Source: Candidatus Kaiserbacteria bacterium
GTDB taxonomy: Bacteria; Patescibacteriota; Minisyncoccia; Phycocordibacterales; UBA2100
NCBI GenBank assembly: GCA_963767115.1
Contig: CAVYCR010000005.1
Location: 89,582-153,581, forward strand
DNA length: 64,000 nt
Direction: 5' to 3'
A program made the translations under genes and the position numbers. How positions within the stretch are numbered: position 1 is the first letter of the stretch; every line of letters starts with the position of its first letter. Shown piece after piece: positions 39,318 through 47,775 of this stretch. The notes below the pieces were generated by a model. That model was not told the DNA's origin, did no database searches, and saw nothing but the letters and a program-made list of their open reading frames with translations.

Positions 39318-39785
39318 TTCTACATCAGGCCCCACAAGGGTATTTTGACGATAAATCCTGATCAAAACCGAGGTGTCAGCATAGGGATGCGCAATCAGCG
39401 AAATCCCCACAAATCCCTTTTTTGACGACTTTGCATAGTGATCGTGATCGGCAAAAAAGCGAGCTTTATAGGGAAAAACGATCAAATTCAGAGACCAGAC
39501 TCATTTTCAAGATAGGGATTTCGTCTGTTGCGGTGTGGTCGTTTATTTCGGCCTCTGTTGGGTGTACAATAAATCCACCATTGACCACTAACAGACCCCG
39601 TTAGGGGTCTTTGGCATTTATAGCCGGTTCGATTTGGCACCGCCCGCCATCGGCGATATGGGTTAATTAACTAATGAGTGCTAGAACAGCACGCGATCCG
39701 GAAACACGACCGACAGCTGCGCCATGATCCCTGACCAGTTGCACACAGTAAAACTTCTGCTCGATGTGATATCCGTGCCAAGATA

Positions 39786-42700
39786 TCAATTTGACAGATG
39801 AGTTCCGCACAGATCGATTTCTTTCATGACATCTATAGTACCTTTGAGCGAGACAACCATCTTCTCGTAGTTCTCGAATTCAGCGGTGGTTAGCTTCTGC
39901 CCCTTACGATCCTTGAGATATTTTTGTGCGGGTTGGTATCCGCCGATATAAAACTCCCACACATCTTTTGGCACACCGTCCCAATACTGCGAGGCATTGA
40001 TATAGACGCGACCGTCTGAATAACTTATCTTGTCGACAATGTCCGACGATGCAATAGGAAATGTCGTGATCGGTGTCTCGACGAGAGGGTCAGTCAACAG
40101 ATGCATCCCTCGCAACTTCCTGCCGAGCGGCACGAGCCGCCAAAACTTTTCTTTATCTTTCGGATAGGGCACGCGCGGAAAATCACTCTTCAAGAACTCG
40201 GCATACGTTGCTCGATATGACGGAGAGTGCAGCATTGCATATACATAATCAAAAATGTCTTCCGGCCTCGTCGGACCCACAGTAAGTTCTATTTTCAGAA
40301 CAATCATTGGATCGAGATTCGGCTTCTTCTCGCCCTTTTTGTAGAGATACAGAGGGGATATATAATTTGTCTCTTTAATCGATACCCGGCGGGCGTCGGA
40401 AATCTTATCGGTCAAAAATATGTCAGCAAAATCGCGAGACCCCTCAATATGCTTATTTGATACAAGTCCGACATTATCACCATCTAGGAAATCATGCATT
40501 ACACTTCTTCGTGAACGCTCAATAAAATCATCGCTGTAGTAAATATATTTTTGATCAAACGGTCGATACGATATTGGTACGATATTGTGCGCATCAAATG
40601 TATGCTTCTGTGCGTTCACTATTTTCCATTTCTGATTTTCACCGAGCGCATATTTGCGTACCGCTTCGTTTGGAGAAATCATAAGAAAATCTTCTATCCG
40701 CTTGGCGAGTACGTCTTTAGATTGATCGATTACGAATGCATCGCGCGAGGTAACGATGCCGACCGTGTTTATTGGGAATAATTCTGCAACAGAAAATCCC
40801 TGCAAATAATCGCTCTTGCCCTCACCTTCCACCTTCCAAGTATCAGCGTTCTCCGGAAGTTCGTTCCAAACAATCGTATCAACCGTTCCCATCGTGAGTG
40901 CTTCGAATTTCTCTGAGCGCAAACCAAACAGATCAGCTTTGAAAATCGTTGCGAGCGGCTTCCTTTTTTTCTTGTCGCCGAGCCGTTTCTTGATGCCAAA
41001 AAATATCGAGACACCCGTCTTGATGTCGAAGACATTTTCGTCTTTTCCGCCGTCCTGTGTCGTCTCTTTCTTGTTGCTGTTGCCGTGCAAGTCGAGCACA
41101 TAGATCGCATCGAAGGTGTCGCGCAAGTGCCAACGCATCCCGCGGAATGTTGGGTTGTCGATGTAGCCGTGCGAGGTGATCATGCCAACAATTCCCTCGC
41201 CATTTTTCTCGATCATTGTTTCGGCGAAGCGGATGAACTTTACATAATCATCGTTGATCCATTTGCTGTTTTTCTCTTTCAACTTTTCTTTGCCACCCGG
41301 TTCGACCTTGTATGCATCGTTAGCCGTATAGTGAGGATTCATAGATTCGCCTGAGTACGGCGGATTGCCCATCACGACCATGATCGGATACTCGCGTTTG
41401 ACACGCGAGGCAAGGCGGCTTTCCTCGGCAATACTCTCAACCGCACCGAAGAGACTATGGATGAGCGGGATGTCGTGCGCTTCGTCAAGCGTGTTGGTGA
41501 GATAGACGCCGAGCCGATGCTTGAGATCGTTGAGGCCGGTGTGCTTCAGTGTCATGGCAATCTTGAGATGCGCAATCGTATAGCTCGCCATCATGAGTTC
41601 AAATCCATGCAGGCGCGGTAAGAGATCATCTTCTACATATGCGCCCCAACGACCCTGCGCGCCCTTCTGCGATTCGTGGATGTGCGTGATCGTTTCGTTG
41701 AGGAATGTCCCTGTACCCGTCGCCACGTCGAGAAGTTGTACGCGATGTGTGTCGATATCAACTCGCTTCTCTTTCCCTTTATCGAGCACCGTCGTCGAAC
41801 GCTCGATACGAGAGTTGTCAGCGATACCCTTGCTGATGCCAAACTCCCGTTTCAAGAGGTCGTCGATGCCGCGGATGATGAATCGCACCACCGGAAGCGG
41901 TGTATAGAAGACACCCATTTCCATCTTCTTCTGCGGATCATATTCACGCAGGAAATCTTCGTAGAAATGTATAACGGGGTCGGGCAGGTCGGCATTCACA
42001 TCTTTGTTCTTGAAATATTCCTCCATGAGCGCCTTCACATCGGCGTGCGTGAAGACTGTGCACAGTTCGTCGACAATGACGCTCAGACGTCGCGGGAAAG
42101 ATGTACCGGCAATATGATCGAAGAAACTTTGTAGAAACGGGTTGGTTTTGGGGATGAGACTTCGTGCTTCTTGGCGGTTGAATGTGTCGGCTGTCGGATC
42201 GTTGTAACGCGCGGCGAAGAGACCATACACGATTGTCTGCGCATACATGTCGGCGAAGTCGGTGGTCGTGAAAGTCGTGATGAGATTTTCCCGAATGAAA
42301 CGCATCATGCGTTCGAGCTCATCCTTTTCTTGGCTCGTGCTTTCAAGGAACGCGATCACGTTGTCACGTATGCGCTGCGCCTTGCCGCCCATGATGCGCG
42401 CGAGGTGTGCGCCGCTTTTGATCGGCTCTTTCTGCGACTCGACGAAGTCGTGCATGGTGCGCGCAAGCCGCTCGCCCTGGCCCGGGTGCGGGATGAACGT
42501 GCCACGCTTCACATCGACGGTTGCGAGGCGCAAATGTTCGTCGTATGGCTCGCCATTGCGATAAAATCTAAATTCGCAGTAGTCACTGATGATGAGGTTG
42601 GTGTAGCCGAAGTACCGGCTCGCCTGCGAGGACTTCTCGATCTTGTTGAGGTCTTCACCGACTTTCTTCACTTCAATATACAAAAGAGGAACATCGTCTT

Positions 42701-42914
42701 TCAGCACGATGAAATCGGGCTTGTTGCCGCTCTGTGCTTTGGGATCGTGTTGAATGTGAAAGTGCCCGCTCGCAGGAAAGACGGAGCTGAGATAATTCTG
42801 AAACGCGGTTCGGTATGACATCTCCGAGCTGCTCACGTCATGAAAATAGCTTTCGACCGACGAGAGATAGGTATTGACATTGGGACCATTGTTAATTGTT
42901 CGTTCTGAGGTCAT
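39786..42914 (-). CDS. type IIG/IIL (MmeI/Eco57I-like) restriction-modification enzyme: PD-ExK nuclease plus gamma N6-adenine methyltransferase plus TRD
   Basis: N-terminal KPDFIV..x..IEVKK, AdoMet motif LDVATGTGTF and catalytic VMGNPPYSGE. 1042 aa. Confidence 0.85.
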   Translation of the reverse strand: MTSERTINNGPNVNTYLSSVESYFHDVSSSEMSYRTAFQNYLSSVFPASGHFHIQHDPKAQSGNKPDFIVLKDDVPLLYIEVKKVGEDLNKIEKSSQASRYFGYTNLIISDYCEFRFYRNGEPYDEHLRLATVDVKRGTFIPHPGQGERLARTMHDFVESQKEPIKSGAHLARIMGGKAQRIRDNVIAFLESTSQEKDELERMMRFIRENLITTFTTTDFADMYAQTIVYGLFAARYNDPTADTFNRQEARSLIPKTNPFLQSFFDHIAGTSFPRRLSVIVDELCTVFTHADVKALMEEYFKNKDVNADLPDPVIHFYEDFLREYDPQKKMEMGVFYTPLPVVRFIIRGIDDLLKREFGISKGIADNSRIERSTTVLDKGKEKRVDIDTHRVQLLDVATGTGTFLNETITHIHESQKGAQGRWGAYVEDDLLPRLHGFELMMASYTIAHLKIAMTLKHTGLNDLKHRLGVYLTNTLDEAHDIPLIHSLFGAVESIAEESRLASRVKREYPIMVVMGNPPYSGESMNPHYTANDAYKVEPGGKEKLKEKNSKWINDDYVKFIRFAETMIEKNGEGIVGMITSHGYIDNPTFRGMRWHLRDTFDAIYVLDLHGNSNKKETTQDGGKDENVFDIKTGVSIFFGIKKRLGDKKKRKPLATIFKADLFGLRSEKFEALTMGTVDTIVWNELPENADTWKVEGEGKSDYLQGFSVAELFPINTVGIVTSRDAFVIDQSKDVLAKRIEDFLMISPNEAVRKYALGENQKWKIVNAQKHTFDAHNIVPISYRPFDQKYIYYSDDFIERSRRSVMHDFLDGDNVGLVSNKHIEGSRDFADIFLTDKISDARRVSIKETNYISPLYLYKKGEKKPNLDPMIVLKIELTVGPTRPEDIFDYVYAMLHSPSYRATYAEFLKSDFPRVPYPKDKEKFWRLVPLGRKLRGMHLLTDPLVETPITTFPIASSDIVDKISYSDGRVYINASQYWDGVPKDVWEFYIGGYQPAQKYLKDRKGQKLTTAEFENYEKMVVSLKGTIDVMKEIDLCGTHLSN

Positions 42915-43084
42915 GATGGATGCTTCTTACAGGGCTCAATTGTAGCATTTTTTAGCTTATTATGAAGAGGTTACTTACCAACTCCGAGAGATATCCGAAT
43001 ACTCGGGCCTCTTTCGGGTATATAAGCAATACAGCACAAAATCATCAATTGAAAAAGGGCTAAATGGGCGTACATTAAGGATAT

Positions 43085-44881
43085 ATGGGAGCACAAAAGA
43101 TGACCAAGAAAACAGGTGCGGCAACGCCCTCGCTGATCAAAGAGCAGCTGCTTCCCGAATTCGCTTTCGTCGGATACTGCAACAGCGATGACGCGAACAA
43201 ATACACGTCGAGAGCTAAGACCATCGATATCCAGTTCGTACGCGCCGCGCGAGATGAGGGTCTGCTCATACCCCTTTATTCGGCAGAAGGGCCCGTACGC
43301 AAGCCGGATGGGAGCGTCAATAACGAGATCGTCGATTACTATAGCCCGCTTCAATTTTTCATAGTCACTCAGCTGCGCAAGAATATCGTTCTGAATGGCA
43401 GATTGTGGGACCCTGAGACTGTCGAGTGGTACCCAGAGAAGCCGATGGAGGAACGACCGCGATTTATTTCATGGGGAGGAGGATTTTCATTCTCACCAAG
43501 GGATGTCGGCGATCCGGCACGCAAAAAAAGTGACGACGTCCTGTTCAACGCGTATTTATTCACGGCGACATTCGATGCCCTTCTCCGCTTTATCCATGCA
43601 ACACCATTGAAAGACAAGTACAAAATGCCGATGGACGAAAGTGATATGTTCGAGAGTGTTGCGACATTCAATCATGATCTGACGGCAGTCGTTTCGATTC
43701 CTGATGAATTAAAGCAGTATCGGCTCGATGCGAAGAAACTTAATTTCCTGAGGGCACATATCGCTCAGGCTGCGGCAGTTATTGACCCCCTCGAACTCTG
43801 GTATTACTACATCGACCGGCACCCGAATTCAAAGAAGAGCTTCCTCAAGGGCGACGCGCGAGTCGCGCAAAAGCTCTACAAAATCTACAATCTCATTACC
43901 GACGTCTGGCAACGAGTGACAGACGAGGAATCCAAACCACTTCTCGAACTCGTCGCAGGAGAAATCGGCAGTGGATATCTCACTCCACGAACGGAGTATT
44001 TGCATGGCATGGATGTTCAGGCAATGCGGCATAGTATCAATGGCTTTACTGTATGGAGTCGTATTCGAGGTAACGGTAAATATGTAACGGCGCAAATCCG
44101 TGAAGCGCTCGCCAAGGCTGTGACCGATTTAGACGACTTCGAAAAGCGATATGGCGATCGCAATTACGGCGGCAACTATCGTATACGAGAAGATCACGGG
44201 GTACGGTACGATCAGCTCGACAATGTCTCAAAGGCACGTTTTGACCAATGGCGTCTGCAACGTCACGATGCGGAAGAATGGGAGACAATCGAAGACGTTA
44301 TCGACTATCGCATCCATGAGATACAACGTGCATTGTCGACGGCGTACCATGCTGTCGGTTCACAACTACGTAACATCACCGCTGAGGCATGGGATATGCC
44401 GAAGCATTTCAATCATACATTTTGGATGCAACACCCCGTAATGTCTCAGGAAGAGCGAATGAAAGTGTTCCAAAAGGAGTCAAAGCGACTTACCGCTCAT
44501 GCGCGCGCCTGTCAGGAAAAAGAGCGCGAATTCTGGGGAGCTGTCTCATCAACGCGACTCGCGTTTTGTAAGATCTGCCGCAAACGGCCGATCCAGCTAC
44601 ACGCCGACACACGCAGTTTTGACTCACAGCCATCGATTTGCGATACGTGCGTGAAGGAAAAGAAGACGTATCCCGATACTACAAAAGGCGCGGAGTGGCT
44701 ATGTGATTCCTGTGGTCACGTCATTTACAAATTCGTTCATGGAAATACGTTAAGCGCACGCACACAGACCGGCACAGCAGTCGTGATTGAATTGAAATAT
44801 GGGAACCTCTTAGTCGAAGCGACGTGTCCAAAATGTAAAAATACCTTTGAGAAATCAATCGAATTCGGGTGGCTACCATGA
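43085..44881 (+). CDS. hypothetical 598-aa protein with C-terminal zinc ribbons
   Basis: CKICRK..CDTC and CDSCGH..CPKC pairs. Divergent from the R-M gene. Confidence 0.6.
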   Translation: MGAQKMTKKTGAATPSLIKEQLLPEFAFVGYCNSDDANKYTSRAKTIDIQFVRAARDEGLLIPLYSAEGPVRKPDGSVNNEIVDYYSPLQFFIVTQLRKNIVLNGRLWDPETVEWYPEKPMEERPRFISWGGGFSFSPRDVGDPARKKSDDVLFNAYLFTATFDALLRFIHATPLKDKYKMPMDESDMFESVATFNHDLTAVVSIPDELKQYRLDAKKLNFLRAHIAQAAAVIDPLELWYYYIDRHPNSKKSFLKGDARVAQKLYKIYNLITDVWQRVTDEESKPLLELVAGEIGSGYLTPRTEYLHGMDVQAMRHSINGFTVWSRIRGNGKYVTAQIREALAKAVTDLDDFEKRYGDRNYGGNYRIREDHGVRYDQLDNVSKARFDQWRLQRHDAEEWETIEDVIDYRIHEIQRALSTAYHAVGSQLRNITAEAWDMPKHFNHTFWMQHPVMSQEERMKVFQKESKRLTAHARACQEKEREFWGAVSSTRLAFCKICRKRPIQLHADTRSFDSQPSICDTCVKEKKTYPDTTKGAEWLCDSCGHVIYKFVHGNTLSARTQTGTAVVIELKYGNLLVEATCPKCKNTFEKSIEFGWLP

Positions 44882-44948
44882 TGCTCCTTGAAGGATGAGC
44901 TGCGGGATTATTCGGGTATTTCGAACCTCGATTTTATAAATCTATACT

Positions 44949-45989
44949 TTATATCCCAGCTTCTTCCCTTAATCCTCTCGCATTGCCGTGGCCCAATAAT
45001 CCCCGATAAGATTGACGGACCACTTCGTTTTCCTGTTCTCCCAATTTCCGAAACATTCGGCGTTTTGTGGCAGTCCGAAGTACGCGATGGTCAGGAAAAT
45101 GCACCCACCCGAGGAAATCGACGCCCGAGGCGAGCGAACTGATAAACAGCTTGTTGGGATGAAGCGAGAGTTTGAGGCGCAATTCGAGAAACGAGGCAAT
45201 CTGCGGGACGAGCGTTTCAAGTTTTTCTTTGTCGTCTGAAAGAATCACGAAATCGTCTGCATAACGAATGTAGCAGTTCGCTTTTACCTTGTGCTTCACG
45301 AATTGATCGAACTCGTTCATGTATACGTTGACGAGCAGTTGCGATGTGAGATTGCCGAGCGGAAGACCCTTTCCTTTTTCAGTTGTGTGGAAGCTTCCTA
45401 CAATTTCTGCAACAAGATTGACGATACGTTCGTCTGGAATATATCGTGCAACTATTTCAAACATTATGGCTTGGTCGATCGAAGCGAAGAACTTTCGTAT
45501 GTCGCATTTTAAAACCCAGCACGTTTGCGTTTGATTCTTTGAAACTATCCATGCCATCGCGCGAAACCGATTCATCGCGCGATGCGTTCCCTTGTCTTTC
45601 CGACACGAATACGAGTCGGCAATAAACGTGCGATTGAAAAACGGAAAGAGCTTCCGATACAGTGCGTGATGTAGAAGCCGATCACACACGCTTGCCTTAT
45701 GTATGTCGCGCGGCTTCGGCTCGGCAATCTTGAAGGCGTGGTATTCGCTATGCCTATATACGCCGTTAGCGAGGTCTCGATGGAGCGCAAGAATGTTATC
45801 CATCAGCCGGTATTGGAATTCCTGCACGTCTTTCTTCTTTCTTTTGCCGCGTAGGAATTCCTTCCATGCGGCGAGCAAGTTTTCGACAGAAATGATATCG
45901 TCATAGTTATGACCGAAGTGGATGCCTTTAACGTACCCCCCCCCCGCACGAATCTTGCCTGTTATTGAGCATGGAGTATCAGTGTACAA
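44949..45989 (-). CDS. diversity-generating retroelement reverse transcriptase
   Basis: DGR hallmark LGNLTSQLLVNVYMN (I/LGxxxSQ) and YIRYADDFVIL. Adjacent TR, VR and Avd. Confidence 0.9.
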   Translation of the reverse strand: MYTDTPCSITGKIRAGGGYVKGIHFGHNYDDIISVENLLAAWKEFLRGKRKKKDVQEFQYRLMDNILALHRDLANGVYRHSEYHAFKIAEPKPRDIHKASVCDRLLHHALYRKLFPFFNRTFIADSYSCRKDKGTHRAMNRFRAMAWIVSKNQTQTCWVLKCDIRKFFASIDQAIMFEIVARYIPDERIVNLVAEIVGSFHTTEKGKGLPLGNLTSQLLVNVYMNEFDQFVKHKVKANCYIRYADDFVILSDDKEKLETLVPQIASFLELRLKLSLHPNKLFISSLASGVDFLGWVHFPDHRVLRTATKRRMFRKLGEQENEVVRQSYRGLLGHGNARGLREEAGI

Positions 45990-46302
45990 GCAGTGGCATG
46001 AATACCGAGAGGACTTTCCAAAATCATCCCGCTATACACTCGGCGACAGGATAGACCTTCTTTTTGTTCATATTCTTGAACTACTATTTACCGCAAGTTA
46101 CCAAAGCAAGGAAGCGAAGCTGCCGACACTCGAGATGGCGGTACGAAAAATTGACGTATTGAAATTCCTGTTACGCGTCGCATGGGAGCTTCGGGCACTC
46201 GACACGAAAAAGTACGCGGTGCTATCGGAAAAATTAGATGAATTTGGTCGAATGGTCGGCGGTTGGAAGAAAGGACTGGGAACCAAAACTCCCGCCAGAT
46301 AG
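45922..46302 (+). CDS. avd: Avd-like accessory variability determinant (four-helix-bundle, 23S rRNA IVS protein family)
   Basis: ..FPKSSRYTLGDRI......ILE....A.......K...L......ID.LK.LLR.A.EL......KY..L...LDE.GRM.GGW.K pattern. 126 aa. Confidence 0.75.
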   Translation: MPLTYPPPARILPVIEHGVSVYKQWHEYREDFPKSSRYTLGDRIDLLFVHILELLFTASYQSKEAKLPTLEMAVRKIDVLKFLLRVAWELRALDTKKYAVLSEKLDEFGRMVGGWKKGLGTKTPAR

Positions 46303-46328
46303 TAGAGGCGGGAGAAACTCGGTAGTTT

Positions 46329-46443
46329 CGGGAGAGAGAACCCGATTGCCGGCGTTCCACCTGTTGTCGTCGCGGTTCCACGTGTTCACGTTCCACTTCG
46401 AGTTGTCGGCGTTCCAGTTCACGTTCACGACACAGGAACTCTC
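46329..46443 (-). other. DGR template repeat (TR)
   Basis: About 113 nt collinear with the VR. It encodes the AAC-rich SSCVVNVNWNADNSKWNVNTWNRDDNRWNAGNRVLSP. It differs from the VR only at its adenines. Confidence 0.9.
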
Positions 46444-46757
46444 GTATCCGAAGCCGTCTGTGCCACCACCCATCGAATACTCTACGGGCTGTATCTGATT
46501 CGGGGCATCGAAGCCCGCTGACCTCGGATACCAACTGACCAATGTTTTTGTGGAGACCGGCTACGCACACTTCCTTAAGCCGTGGCCGAAAGAATTCTAA
46601 CGAAGCCGTTTCCGAAATCTCCGCGCTCAAGCCTTAACCGGAGCGCCACCAGAAATTTCATATGTAGTATATCAAAAAGAAAATCCCCGGGCCCAGTGAC
46701 AAAGTGTCAAAGGGTCCGAGGATTCAGCTCGCCAAGGGCGAGCAAAGGTGCAGAGGG

Positions 46758-47417
46758 TCAGTTGGCGGGAGAGAGAACCCGAACGCCGGCGCTCCACCCG
46801 AGGCCGCCGCGGTCCCACGTGTTCACGCCCCACTTCGAGCTGACGGCGCGCCAGAACACGAACACGACACAGGAACTCGTGTAGAACAGGTTGGCGTAGC
46901 CGTTGTTCAGCAAATCGCCTTCCTTGCCCTCGGGCTGTTTGGAGATCATCTCGGCGACGACGGCGCACAGCGCGCCCTCGTCCCAAAGGTGATTCTTGGG
47001 CAAACCGTTTTCGATTTCCTTGTCCGTCAAGTCCGCGCCGAGTTCATCGACATTGACCTTGAAGGTAGTGCCGGTGTTGATCGGCTTCGCCAACTTGACC
47101 ACGCGAGTCTGGAAGTCGTCCCAGACGTAGAGTCCGTCGCGCGTCTTGAAGAAGGCGTCGGGGTTGCGATGGTCGGAGTCGGTAATCGTGATGGAAAGCT
47201 GCGGACGGCGGATGAGTGCCATCATGCTCTTAATTACATCTTCGATAGCGGTTTCGAGCCGTCCCGCGAGGATTTCGGTCTTGTCCTTGATCCCCGCGAG
47301 CACCACCTTGGGATCGCCGAATTTCGCGGCGACTTTCGGCAATGCGACCGCGAGCGCACTGGTAACGTTCGAGTTGAGTTCGGCCATCTGGCCGGGACTG
47401 AAGGCTGTTCCACTCAT
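46758..47417 (-). CDS. DGR variable (target) protein
   Basis: The C-terminal 38 aa are encoded by the VR. It is a paralog of 13531-14004. Confidence 0.85.
   Translation of the reverse strand: MSGTAFSPGQMAELNSNVTSALAVALPKVAAKFGDPKVVLAGIKDKTEILAGRLETAIEDVIKSMMALIRRPQLSITITDSDHRNPDAFFKTRDGLYVWDDFQTRVVKLAKPINTGTTFKVNVDELGADLTDKEIENGLPKNHLWDEGALCAVVAEMISKQPEGKEGDLLNNGYANLFYTSSCVVFVFWRAVSSKWGVNTWDRGGLGWSAGVRVLSPAN
46766..46880 (-). other. DGR variable repeat (VR)
   Basis: Offset +437 from the TR. There are 19 substitutions, all at TR A positions (plus-strand T), and 0 at the roughly 85 non-A positions. Confidence 0.9.
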
Positions 47418-47593
47418 GGTGGCTGTTCCTTACAAGTGCTGCTGGTTCCTCGGCGATTCCAAGGTTTGCCTCAGCGGAAAATGCCCTCAATGTAAGGCGC
47501 TTTCAGCTGTGGCAAAGACCCTTTTTCAAAGAACAGAGACTGGTATTATAATACAAATAGAAACGATACGCAAGTACCCGCGTATTGGCGAAC

Positions 47594-47623
47594 TTGCATC
47601 ATAAATGTCCTGTGATGTATAAT
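47594..47623 (+). promoter_or_regulatory. candidate sigma-70 promoter (TTGCAT-18 nt-TATAAT)
   Basis: TTGCAT at 47594-47599 and TATAAT at 47618-47623. Confidence 0.4.
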
Positions 47624-47678
47624 TCAGGGACAATTCAATAGCTACCTACGCGGTAGCCGCGGTGGTCGAGAGAAAGGA

Positions 47679-47723
47679 CCGCCAACGACCTGAGCTTTTT
47701 TGCTCGGTTGTTGGCGGTTTTTT
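47679..47723 (+). terminator. terminator/attenuator hairpin with T6 tail upstream of the ParB-methylase gene
   Basis: ccgccaacgacctgagc / gctcggttgttggcgg stem followed by tttttt. Confidence 0.5.
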
Positions 47724-47775
47724 GCTGCCTTCAGCCCCACAAAGCTCAGGTCATTAGAAATGTAATGACCAATGC

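Noticed and set aside
39621-39648. Plus-strand tRNA-like 3' end (ccGGTTCGATTtggcaccgcccgCCA)
   Set aside because: I could not fold a T-arm with a 7-nt loop or find a matching 5' acceptor strand upstream. It is probably another degenerate att or tRNA fragment, and the evidence is too weak to call.
46088-46630. Minus-strand ORFs (180 aa and 102 aa) covering the TR
   Set aside because: The Asn-rich 'peptide' is simply the template repeat read in the target's frame. There is no start context, and it overlaps avd on the other strand. I treated it as a non-coding TR.
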